From the IMG/VR virus record IMGVR_UViG_3300005353_000006: a stretch of DNA of 21,368 bases. One strand, written 5' to 3'. Position 1 is the first letter of the stretch. Every line of letters starts with the position of its first letter. The position numbers and the translations under genes are program-made. Under the pieces are notes generated by a model. That model saw only the letters and a program-made list of their open reading frames with translations, searched no databases and was not told where the DNA came from. This stretch comes from a virus. This document shows positions 1-6,333 of this stretch, piece by piece.

Positions 1-60
1 GCCTTCAGCGACGACGCCACCGAGAAGCTGGGCGACGCCACCGAGCGCGAGACCAACGAG
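1..60. repeat. Terminal direct repeat, copy 1 (identical to 21309-21368); circular-closure overlap
   Basis: Read directly: gccttcagcgacgacgccaccgagaagctgggcgacgccaccgagcgcgagaccaacgag occurs at both ends. Confidence 0.97.
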
Positions 61-177
61 CAGGCGGGCGAGGAGGACGGCAGCTCGCCCGACGAGCCGC
101 AGCCCGAGACGTTCCCGCCTGCCGACGACGAGGCCCCGGACGACGGCGGCGGCGACGACCCCGCGGCCGCGAGCTGA
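1..177 (+). CDS. Hyper-acidic small protein, 3' part (ORF starts at 21261 and crosses the circular junction; 74 aa in total)
   Basis: Frame 1 is open from nt 1 to TGA 175-177 and is in frame with GTG 21261 through the terminal repeat. High GC3. By hand count, 26 D/E versus 3 K/R. Confidence 0.7.
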   Translation, partial: AFSDDATEKLGDATERETNEQAGEEDGSSPDEPQPETFPPADDEAPDDGGGDDPAAAS

Positions 178-208
178 CGGGCGACAGCTCGCTGCTGACG
201 CGCGCCGG

Positions 209-397
209 GTGGTGGTGTTCCTGCTCGGCGTGCTGGTGATCCTGGACGCCCTGATCGGGGAGGGCAACGCGGTGCCCGAGCTGATCGTGGGCACGGTGCT
301 GGTCGGGGTGCTGCCGTTGGAGTACGTGGCCAAGGCGTGGCGCGGCCCGACCGTGCGGCCACGCCACCGGCGAGGCGGGGACGAGGACGATGCCTGA
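209..397 (+). CDS. Small 2-TM membrane protein with charged C-terminal tail (holin-like)
   Basis: GTG start. Hydrophobic segments VVFLLGVLVILDALIG and LIVGTVLVGVLPL, followed by the tail RPRHRRGGDEDDA. Its stop overlaps the HNH start (ATGCCTGA). Lies downstream of the lysin. Confidence 0.6.
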   Translation: MVVFLLGVLVILDALIGEGNAVPELIVGTVLVGVLPLEYVAKAWRGPTVRPRHRRGGDEDDA

Positions 398-734
398 GCC
401 GCGCAACACCCGGGCGTGGCGCAGGCTGCGCAAGCAGGTGCTGCTGCGCGACGGGTGGCGGTGCCGGTGGTGCGGCGGCCTGGCCGACACCGCCGACCAC
501 GTGGTGGCGCTGGCCGAGGGCGGCGCCCCGTTCGATCCGTCCAACCTGGTCGCGGCCTGCAGATCGTGCAACGCGCGGCGCGGCGCGCAGCTCGTGAACG
601 CACGCGTTTTTTACAACGGCGTGCCTCCGCCAGGCCGCAATCTTGGAATGGCCGGGAACACACCGCGCGGCGCCCGATCGCGCCGGATCCGAACGCGGGG
701 CGTGGTGCCCGGCGCGATCGACGCGGATGGCTGA
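390..734 (+). CDS. HNH endonuclease (terminase-associated position)
   Basis: Motifs CRWCG...DHVVALAEGG...NLVAACRSCN. Stop overlaps the TerL start (ATGGCTGA). The 3' third (about 598-665) has atypical codon usage and a T6 run. Confidence 0.88.
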   Translation: MPEPRNTRAWRRLRKQVLLRDGWRCRWCGGLADTADHVVALAEGGAPFDPSNLVAACRSCNARRGAQLVNARVFYNGVPPPGRNLGMAGNTPRGARSRRIRTRGVVPGAIDADG

Positions 735-2178
735 GGCGGCACCCGGCCCGGCGCACGGATCGCTGGTGTTCAAGGGCGCCCAGCGGCCGCTGCGGCTGAT
801 CGAACTGCCGCCGTGGACGGGCTGGCGCCACACCTCGGAGGCCAAGCGGGCCGAGCGGTTCCTGGAGACCTACCTGGTGGTGCCGACGGGCCACGGCGCG
901 GCCGGGCCGTTCCGGATAGCGGGCTTCCAGCGCGAGCTGCTGCGCGAGATCTACGACCACCTGGCCACGTTCGCCTCGCTGCCCGCCGCGAACGGGAAGA
1001 CCACGTTCCTGGCGGCGCTGGCGCTGGAGCGGATCGCCCGCGGCGACGACTACGTGGAGGTGGACGTGATCGCCACCAAGCAGGAACAGGCCGGGTTCCT
1101 GGTGGAGGCCGCGATGCGGATGGTGGAGTCCTCGCCGGTGCTGGTCGATCGGTGCCGGTGGCACAGCCGCGAGCAGATCCTGGAGTACCGGCCGACCGGA
1201 TCCAAGCTGCAGGCGCACCCGGCCAAGCTGTCCGCGATCCAGGGCCTGAACTTCTCGCTGGCGATCATCGATGAGATCGGCTTCGCCCACGATGAGACGG
1301 TGGAGTCGCTGATCGCCCGGCTGGGCAAGCGGCCCGACGCGCGGCTGGTCGGGATCGGCACGCCCGGGTTCCAGGCGAACATCCTGCAGCGGCTGCGCGG
1401 CGCGCACCTGGACGGCGAGCTGCCCGCCGGTGTCCGCTACCTGGAGTGGGCAGCCGATCCCGGCTCGGCATCGGACGACCGACGGGCGTGGCGCAAGGCT
1501 AACCCGGCGCTGCGGGCCGGGTTCCTGACACCGGCCGCGCTGGCCGTCCAGCAGGGCCTCCTGAGCGATCGCGAGTTCCGCACCTACCACCTCGGGCTGT
1601 GGGTGGACGAGGCGGCAGCGTGGCTGCCGGAGGGCGCCTGGCAGGCGTGCGCGATGCAGCCGCCGCCGCCGGACGGCGGCGAGGTGGTGCTGGCGGTGGA
1701 AGGCACGTTCCGGCGCTCGGCGGCGGTCGCCGGGGCGACGATGGACGGCGCGATCTTCCACGGCTGGTGGGCGGAGGTGGCGACCGACCGCGACCTGCAC
1801 GAGCAGCTGGCCAGGGCGCTGGAGCGGTGGGACGTGCGGGCGATCGTGCACAACCGCCGGATCCGGTCGCGGCTGTTCGCCGAGCTGCGCGACGAGGGCG
1901 CGCCGGTGGTGCCGTGGGACGGGTCGGCCGACTCGGAGACCACCTCGGCCAACGAGTTCTACCGGGCGATCGTGGGCGGCGAGCTGGCGCACGATCACGC
2001 GCCGGTGGTGGCCGAGCAGGTCGCCAACCTGCGCGCCCGGTTCGGCGTGGACGGGTCGCTGCGGCTGGCCAGGCCGGACGACCCGGCCCGGTTCGGCGAC
2101 GCGGCGCTGGCAGCTCGCGCGGCCTGGTGGGTGGCGATGGCCGAGGCGCAGCAGGGCGGCGCCCCGACGATCTACTAG
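727..2178 (+). CDS. terL: Terminase large subunit (Terminase_1/HK97-like)
   Basis: Walker A PAANGKTTF, Walker B LAIIDEIGF, and a C-terminal nuclease-type region. ATG 727 chosen over the upstream 643 start because of the ATGGCTGA coupling with HNH and poorer GC3 upstream. Confidence 0.92.
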   Translation: MAEAAPGPAHGSLVFKGAQRPLRLIELPPWTGWRHTSEAKRAERFLETYLVVPTGHGAAGPFRIAGFQRELLREIYDHLATFASLPAANGKTTFLAALALERIARGDDYVEVDVIATKQEQAGFLVEAAMRMVESSPVLVDRCRWHSREQILEYRPTGSKLQAHPAKLSAIQGLNFSLAIIDEIGFAHDETVESLIARLGKRPDARLVGIGTPGFQANILQRLRGAHLDGELPAGVRYLEWAADPGSASDDRRAWRKANPALRAGFLTPAALAVQQGLLSDREFRTYHLGLWVDEAAAWLPEGAWQACAMQPPPPDGGEVVLAVEGTFRRSAAVAGATMDGAIFHGWWAEVATDRDLHEQLARALERWDVRAIVHNRRIRSRLFAELRDEGAPVVPWDGSADSETTSANEFYRAIVGGELAHDHAPVVAEQVANLRARFGVDGSLRLARPDDPARFGDAALAARAAWWVAMAEAQQGGAPTIY

Positions 2179-2290
2179 GCTGGCGGCAGGGGGCGGCGAG
2201 ACACGGTACGGCGCCCGTTCCGGCCGGACGATCATCGAGGCGCCACGCTGGCCTGCGAACCGTGCTCCGGCCGCCGCCCCCCAGGACGAC

Positions 2291-2318
2291 CAACGGGCCG
2301 CCCGAGGGCGACCCGTTG
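2291..2318. terminator. GC-rich hairpin between convergent terL and the minus-strand gene (putative bidirectional terminator T_A)
   Basis: CAACGGG(c)CGCCC-ga-GGGCG(a)CCCGTTG. Preceded by ccaggacga, the same 9-mer that precedes hairpin T_B at 3301-3309. Confidence 0.5.
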
Positions 2319-2364
2319 ACCATGGCGTGAAGGCTGCGAGCACAGCAGCCCGGGAGACCGGAGC

Positions 2365-3252
2365 CTAGCGCCCGGCCTCCTCGGCCAGCACCTTGGCGAC
2401 CGTCGGGTGGGTGCACCCGGCGAGCACCGCGATCGCGCGGTGCGACAGCCCGGCGGCGGCCGCGTCCACGATCGCCTGGCGCCAGGCGCGATCGGCCGTC
2501 ACCTTGGCGGCGGCGACCGCCACCAGCGTGGCGCCGATCGCGTCCTGCCGCTCGGCGCGGTCGGCGGCGGCGGCCTGGCCCGCGGTCTCGGCGACCTGCG
2601 CCAGCTCGGGCGCGGCGGCCGCGACCTCGGCCAGCGTGGCGGCCTCGTTGGCCTCCACCTGGGCGACCAGCTCAGGGTCGATCTCGCGCAGGTTCTCGCG
2701 GGTCGGGGCGGCCTGCAGCTTGCCCATGGTGACCTCCTCGGTGACGGGCTGGGCCTTGGCAAGGATCTTGCCGTAGCGGGTGCGGGCCTTGGCCAGCTTG
2801 GCCAGCGTCTCGGCGTGGCGCCGCTCGGCCCAGGCGATCGTCTCGGCGTAGTCCTCGGCGCGATCCGGGTACTGCTCGGTGTACGCGCCGTACACCTTGC
2901 GGGTGCTGGCCAGCTGCTCGTTGGCGGCCTGCACCCCGCGGCCGTCCTCGGCCACGTACGCCACCGCGATCTCGGCGGCCTCGGCCTCGGTCAGGATCAC
3001 AAAGCCACGCTTGAGCTGGCGGGTGGTGGTCGCGAAGGGCATGTGGGCGGCCGCGAACTTGGGCGGGTAGGCGACGCCGTAGCCGCTCATGCTGCCGTCG
3101 GTGCCGATGATCTCGCGGCCGACCCGGTAGGTGCCGGGCACGTCCTTGGCCTGGTGCAGGCCGCGCGCCTCGCGGGCGGCGGCGATCACGGCGGCGGCGG
3201 CGCCGCGGACGTGGGCCTTGCGGCCGGTGGTGGTGTTCGTGTCGGTGTTCAT
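2365..3252 (-). CDS. Orphan 295-aa protein with C-terminal HTH-like motif (cassette A); candidate DNA-binding regulator
   Basis: Minus-strand ORF with high GC3. ATG at 3252 lies 7 nt downstream of a -10 hexamer. C-terminus AIVDAAAAGLSHRAIAVLAGCTHPTVAKVL fits a resolvase/sigma-r4-style HTH pattern. The N-terminal domain is not recognised. Confidence 0.8.
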   Translation of the reverse strand: MNTDTNTTTGRKAHVRGAAAAVIAAAREARGLHQAKDVPGTYRVGREIIGTDGSMSGYGVAYPPKFAAAHMPFATTTRQLKRGFVILTEAEAAEIAVAYVAEDGRGVQAANEQLASTRKVYGAYTEQYPDRAEDYAETIAWAERRHAETLAKLAKARTRYGKILAKAQPVTEEVTMGKLQAAPTRENLREIDPELVAQVEANEAATLAEVAAAAPELAQVAETAGQAAAADRAERQDAIGATLVAVAAAKVTADRAWRQAIVDAAAAGLSHRAIAVLAGCTHPTVAKVLAEEAGR

Positions 3253-3259
3253 GGAAACA

Positions 3260-3288
3260 AGCTTACCATGGATCCTGGGGGATGGCAA
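3260..3288 (-). promoter_or_regulatory. Putative promoter P_A driving a leaderless transcript of cassette A
   Basis: Minus strand reads TTGCCA-17 nt-(TGG)TAAGCT-7 nt-ATG. -35 at 3283-3288, -10 at 3260-3265, with an extended -10 TGn. Confidence 0.6.
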
Positions 3289-3299
3289 GCGACTTTCCA
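3283..3299. promoter_or_regulatory. 17-bp imperfect palindrome O1, TGGCAAG-CGA-CTTTCCA, overlapping the -35 of P_A (putative operator)
   Basis: Half-sites TGGCAAG and TGGAAAG. An identical copy lies at 3658-3674 and a one-mismatch copy at 19405-19421. Confidence 0.6.
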
Positions 3300-3309
3300 C
3301 CCAGGACGA

Positions 3310-3337
3310 GAACGGGCGCCCCGTGGGGCGCCCGTTC
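3310..3337 (-). terminator. Perfect GC-rich hairpin T_B downstream of cassette B, abutting P_A
   Basis: GAACGGGCGCCC(c-gt-g)GGGCGCCCGTTC, with 12-13 bp arms. Preceded on the + strand by ccaggacga, as for T_A. Confidence 0.6.
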
Positions 3338-3360
3338 GATCGGGTGGGTGGCGGCCGGGC

Positions 3361-3627
3361 CTAGCGGCCGCCGCGCAGCTGGCGGGCGGTGACCTCCCCA
3401 GCGCGCTCCAGGGCGCACCGGAGATCGTCGCGGTCAGCGTTCCCGTTGGCGATGTCCTCCACCAGGCCGGTGAGGCCGACGCCGTTCAGCTGCTCGGAGT
3501 AGTGGCTGGCGAGCTGGTAGGCGTCGTCGCCCAGGTTGGCCACGATCCAGCCGGGGCGCTTGCCCGCGTCCAGCAGGTCGATCGCGGTGCGGAGGTGCAG
3601 GTTGGTGGCGCGCGTGTCGGTGTTCAT
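3361..3627 (-). CDS. Orphan 88-aa protein (cassette B) with N-terminal HTH-like pattern
   Basis: Minus-strand ORF. ATG at 3627 lies 7 nt downstream of a -10 hexamer. Shares its first five codons (MNTDT) with cassette A. AIDLLDAGKRPGWIVANLGDDAYQLASHY fits a helix-turn-helix pattern. Confidence 0.75.
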   Translation of the reverse strand: MNTDTRATNLHLRTAIDLLDAGKRPGWIVANLGDDAYQLASHYSEQLNGVGLTGLVEDIANGNADRDDLRCALERAGEVTARQLRGGR

Positions 3628-3634
3628 GGAAAGA

Positions 3635-3663
3635 ACCTTACCACAGGATCCGGGGGATGGCAA
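3635..3663 (-). promoter_or_regulatory. Putative promoter P_B driving a leaderless transcript of cassette B
   Basis: Minus strand reads TTGCCA-17 nt-(TGG)TAAGGT-7 nt-ATG. Confidence 0.6.
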
Positions 3664-3674
3664 GCGACTTTCCA
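3658..3674. promoter_or_regulatory. 17-bp palindrome O2 (identical to O1) overlapping the -35 of P_B
   Basis: TGGCAAGCGACTTTCCA read directly. Confidence 0.6.
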
Positions 3675-3683
3675 CGCCGGCCG

Positions 3684-3698
3684 GTTAGGCAGCCTAAC
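3684..3698. promoter_or_regulatory. Perfect 7-1-7 palindrome GTTAGGC-A-GCCTAAC in the divergent region between cassette B and portal
   Basis: Read directly. AT-enriched for this genome. Overlaps the -35 position of the putative portal promoter. Confidence 0.5.
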
Positions 3699-3714
3699 GA
3701 TCGTGCGCTAGAGT
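3685..3714 (+). promoter_or_regulatory. Putative rightward promoter for portal and downstream genes (leaderless geometry)
   Basis: -10 TAGAGT at 3709-3714, followed by exactly 7 nt and then the portal GTG at 3722. The -35 (TTAGGC/TAGGCA) is weak. Confidence 0.4.
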
Positions 3715-3721
3715 CGGCCCC

Positions 3722-4936
3722 GTGGGTCTGCTGGATCGGCTGCTGGGACGATCCGCACCGCCGCCGCCGTCGGTGCTCGGCCTGCCGTCCGGGTTCGATC
3801 CCGAGCTGGCCGGGCTGTTCGCCGGGTGGGCGTCGCCGCAGCTCGCCGAGCGCGTCGGCACCGCCGTGCGCTGCCTGCAGCTGGTCTGCCAGCAGGTGGC
3901 CGCCATGCCGATCCGGTTCCGCGGCGACTCGCCGGTGCCGCTGTGGGTGGCCAACCCTGACCCGGTGTGGTTCCCGAACGGCGCCGCTGATGCGACGTTC
4001 GCCACGATGGCGTCGATCTACGGCTGGGGCGACGCGTTCCTGCTGGTGACCGACCGCTACGTGACCGGCTTCCCGAGGGCCTACACCGTGCTGGATCCGC
4101 AGCAGGTGACCGTCGGCACCGACCCGGACGGCCGCGGCCGCACGTACCGGGTGAAGCAGTACGACCTGCGCAGCGAGGACGTGCTGCAGATCTCGCGCGA
4201 TCCGAACGGGCAGCTGCGCGGCACCTCGGCGCTGCAGGGCTACTCGGCCAACGTCCAGGGCGCCTACTTCGCCGAGAAGTTCGCGACCGACTTCTACCAG
4301 CAGGGCGGCGTGCCGTGGGCGGTGCTGCAGTCCAGCCGCCGCCTGGAGGCCGACCAGGCCGCCGCGCTGCAGGCGCAGTGGACAGCTCGGGTCGGCCTGC
4401 GCGGCGGCGCCCCGGCGGTGCTGCCGCCCGATGTCACGTTCCAGCAGTTCAGCTTCGCGCCGCGCGACCTGCTGCTGCTGGAGACCCGCGAGTGGGACGC
4501 CAAGCAGATCGCCGCCGCCTACGGCGTGCCCGCGTTCATGCTGAACATGGAGCAGGCGGGCGGCCTGAACTACTCCAACCCGGAGATGCTGTTCGACACC
4601 TGGTGGCGCACCGAGCTGTACCCGACCGCGCGCCGGGTGGAGGCCGCGCTGTCCACGTGGCTGCCGCGCGGCAGCTGGGTGGAGTTCGATCCGTCGATCC
4701 TGCTGCGGCCCGATCTGAAGACCGCCAGCGAGGTGTGGCTGGCGCTGCTCGCGGCCAACGTGGTGACGGTGGACGAGTGCCGCGCGGCGGTGCTGGATCT
4801 GCCGCCGCTGGCCGACGGCGAGGCGCTGGAGCTGATCGACGAGCCGCCCGGCGCGAACGCCAGCGGCCCGACCCCGCCCGACCTGCCCGCGCCGCCACCG
4901 GCGGCCGCACCCCTGGAGGTGGTGGCAAGTGCCTGA
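3722..4936 (+). CDS. Portal protein (HK97 family)
   Basis: 404 aa in the position after terL. Typical portal core QGGVPWAVLQS...FQQFSFAPRDLLLLETREWDAKQIAAAYGVPAFML...YSNPE. Confidence 0.9.
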   Translation: MGLLDRLLGRSAPPPPSVLGLPSGFDPELAGLFAGWASPQLAERVGTAVRCLQLVCQQVAAMPIRFRGDSPVPLWVANPDPVWFPNGAADATFATMASIYGWGDAFLLVTDRYVTGFPRAYTVLDPQQVTVGTDPDGRGRTYRVKQYDLRSEDVLQISRDPNGQLRGTSALQGYSANVQGAYFAEKFATDFYQQGGVPWAVLQSSRRLEADQAAALQAQWTARVGLRGGAPAVLPPDVTFQQFSFAPRDLLLLETREWDAKQIAAAYGVPAFMLNMEQAGGLNYSNPEMLFDTWWRTELYPTARRVEAALSTWLPRGSWVEFDPSILLRPDLKTASEVWLALLAANVVTVDECRAAVLDLPPLADGEALELIDEPPGANASGPTPPDLPAPPPAAAPLEVVASA

Positions 4937-5540
4937 CCAGCCGATCCTGACCCGCGTGTTCCAGGTGGAGGACGTGCACGTCCGGGCCGCGATCGACGGC
5001 GGCCCGGTCGGCCGGATCCTGGATCTGCGGGTGGTGCCGTACAACGTGAGCGCCCAGGTGCGCGACGCGCCCGACGCCGAGCCGTACCTGGAGCAGTTCG
5101 CGCCGGGCGCGTTCGCTCGCGCGGTGCGGGCGCCCGATCGGGTGCAGTTCCGCTACCACCACGGCCAGGGCCTGGCCGACTGGATCGGCCGGGGCGTCCA
5201 GTTCGCGGAGGGCGACGGCGGCCTGGACGGCTCGGTGCGGGTGCTGCCGGGCGTGTTCGGCGACCAGGCCCTGACGCTGGTGGACGAGGGCATGCTGCGG
5301 GGCGTGTCGGTCGGCTTCCAGGATCTCGCCCGCCGCAACCGGCGCGCTGGAGACGGCGCGATCATCCGCGAGCGGTGCCACCTGGTGGAGGTGTCGCTGA
5401 CGCCGGAACCGGCCTACGCGGGCGCCGCCGTCACCGGCCGCCGATCGCGCACGCCCGATCCCGACTGGATCGACCTGGCCGTCCGGCCGGACACCGGCGA
5501 GCTGGACGCCCGGCTGCGCGCGGTCGGGATCGACGTGTAG
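4929..5540 (+). CDS. Prohead maturation protease (HK97/S78 family)
   Basis: GTG overlaps the portal stop (GTGCCTGA). Motifs FAPGAF...RYHHG...GLDGSVRV...GDQALTLVDEGMLRGVSVGF. Confidence 0.88.
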   Translation: MPDQPILTRVFQVEDVHVRAAIDGGPVGRILDLRVVPYNVSAQVRDAPDAEPYLEQFAPGAFARAVRAPDRVQFRYHHGQGLADWIGRGVQFAEGDGGLDGSVRVLPGVFGDQALTLVDEGMLRGVSVGFQDLARRNRRAGDGAIIRERCHLVEVSLTPEPAYAGAAVTGRRSRTPDPDWIDLAVRPDTGELDARLRAVGIDV

Positions 5541-5554
5541 CCCGGGACACTCGG

Positions 5555-5563
5555 TGCTAGGGT
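5555..5563 (+). promoter_or_regulatory. Candidate extended -10 element, TGC-TAGGGT, upstream of the extra gene
   Basis: Lies within the 11-mer ctcggtgctag, which recurs at 6449-6459 upstream of the capsid gene. Confidence 0.3.
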
Positions 5564-5601
5564 CTGTGGCCGTTGGTGATCACTCCTGCGAGGAGGTGCT
5601 A

Positions 5602-6279
5602 GTGATCACACCTGCACAGACCGACGTGGCCCTGAACCTGGAGGCGGCGGCGCTGCTGGTGGAGGCGGAGCCGGGCCTGAACGTGCTGGACGCGCTCCAC
5701 CGCACGTCCCAGCCGATCCAGCCGCAGGCCGCCCGCGACCAGCTGGTGGCCGACACCTACTACGCGCTGCTGGCGTACCTGCCGCCGCACGTGGAGTGGA
5801 TCGGCGCCTGGAGTGACGCCGAGACCGCCGACCGAGTGGCGACCAAGCTACGGCAGCTGGCGCGCACGATCCGCAAGGGCGGGTTCGCCCACGTGGACGG
5901 CGCGGTGCCGCCACTAGCAGACCCGTCGGACGTTGCGCTGACCAGCCGCGCCGCGACCGGCAACCGGCGCGGCGGGGTGCCGGGCAAGCGCAACTTCACG
6001 CCCGAGGGCAAGCTGCGGCTGCAGCGCGCGACCGCCCAGCGATGGCTCGGCGTCCAGCAGCGCAAGCCGCACCCGGACGCGCACAAGCTGACCGAGCTGG
6101 AGCTGCGGATCGCCGAGATCGACCGGCAGCTGGCCGAGCTGGAGGGCGAGGAGGAGGAGGGCGAGCGCGAGCTGGTGGCCGCGGGCAACGGCCACCGCGA
6201 CAGCGAGGCGCTGGCCCTGATCGAACAGTCCCAGCGGTTCCCGCTGGAGCGCCGCCCCACCACGCTGTCGGGCCTGTAG
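5602..6279 (+). CDS. Orphan 225-aa protein inserted between protease and capsid genes (sense-strand moron candidate)
   Basis: GTG 5602 lies 5 nt after GAGGAGG. High GC3. C-terminal coiled-coil/acidic stretch LELRIAEIDRQLAELEGEEEEGE. No family recognised. Confidence 0.8.
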   Translation: MITPAQTDVALNLEAAALLVEAEPGLNVLDALHRTSQPIQPQAARDQLVADTYYALLAYLPPHVEWIGAWSDAETADRVATKLRQLARTIRKGGFAHVDGAVPPLADPSDVALTSRAATGNRRGGVPGKRNFTPEGKLRLQRATAQRWLGVQQRKPHPDAHKLTELELRIAEIDRQLAELEGEEEEGERELVAAGNGHRDSEALALIEQSQRFPLERRPTTLSGL

Positions 6280-6307
6280 CATCCCCGCCAGCGCGAAGGG
6301 CGCACCG

Positions 6308-6333
6308 TCGGCCGTCCAGTACCCTGGGCGGCC
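6308..6333 (+). terminator. Candidate hairpin terminator after the extra gene
   Basis: CGGCCGTCCA-gtaccc-TGGGCGGCCG, 10 bp with one G-U pair. Starts 29 nt after the stop and is followed by tcggccgttgt. Confidence 0.35.

Larger units (their letters stand above)
3238..3300. repeat. 63-nt promoter/5'-CDS module, copy A (about 90% identical to 3613-3675)
   Basis: Hand alignment of cgtgtcggtgttcatggaaacaagcttaccatggatcctgggggatggcaagcgactttccac against the copy at 3613. Confidence 0.9.
3613..3675. repeat. 63-nt promoter/5'-CDS module, copy B
   Basis: cgtgtcggtgttcatggaaagaaccttaccacaggatccgggggatggcaagcgactttccac; see copy A. Confidence 0.9.

Noticed and set aside
643-726. Upstream start (643) for the large terminase
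   Set aside because: It overlaps the HNH ORF by about 90 nt with poorer GC3. ATG 727 gives the typical ATGGCTGA stop-start overlap.
3253-3300. N-terminal extensions MESRLPSP... (GTG at 3300 and at 3675) of the two minus-strand ORFs
   Set aside because: The extension is the conserved palindrome/-35/-10 DNA module itself. Its conservation is at the DNA level, and the ATG lies exactly 7 nt after the -10 in both copies.
3790-3806. tRNA T-arm-like string ccgggttcgatcccgag, considered as a possible tRNA fragment or att core
   Set aside because: It lies inside the portal coding sequence in frame (SGFDPE). The stem and loop lengths do not fit a T-arm, and no acceptor or anticodon arms lie around it.
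4923-4939. Operator-like TGGCAAG-TGC-CTGACCA at the portal/protease junction, and TGGCAAG at 7850
   Set aside because: Only the left arm matches. GGC-AAG (Gly-Lys) codons are frequent on the coding strand, so an isolated TGGCAAG is expected by chance.
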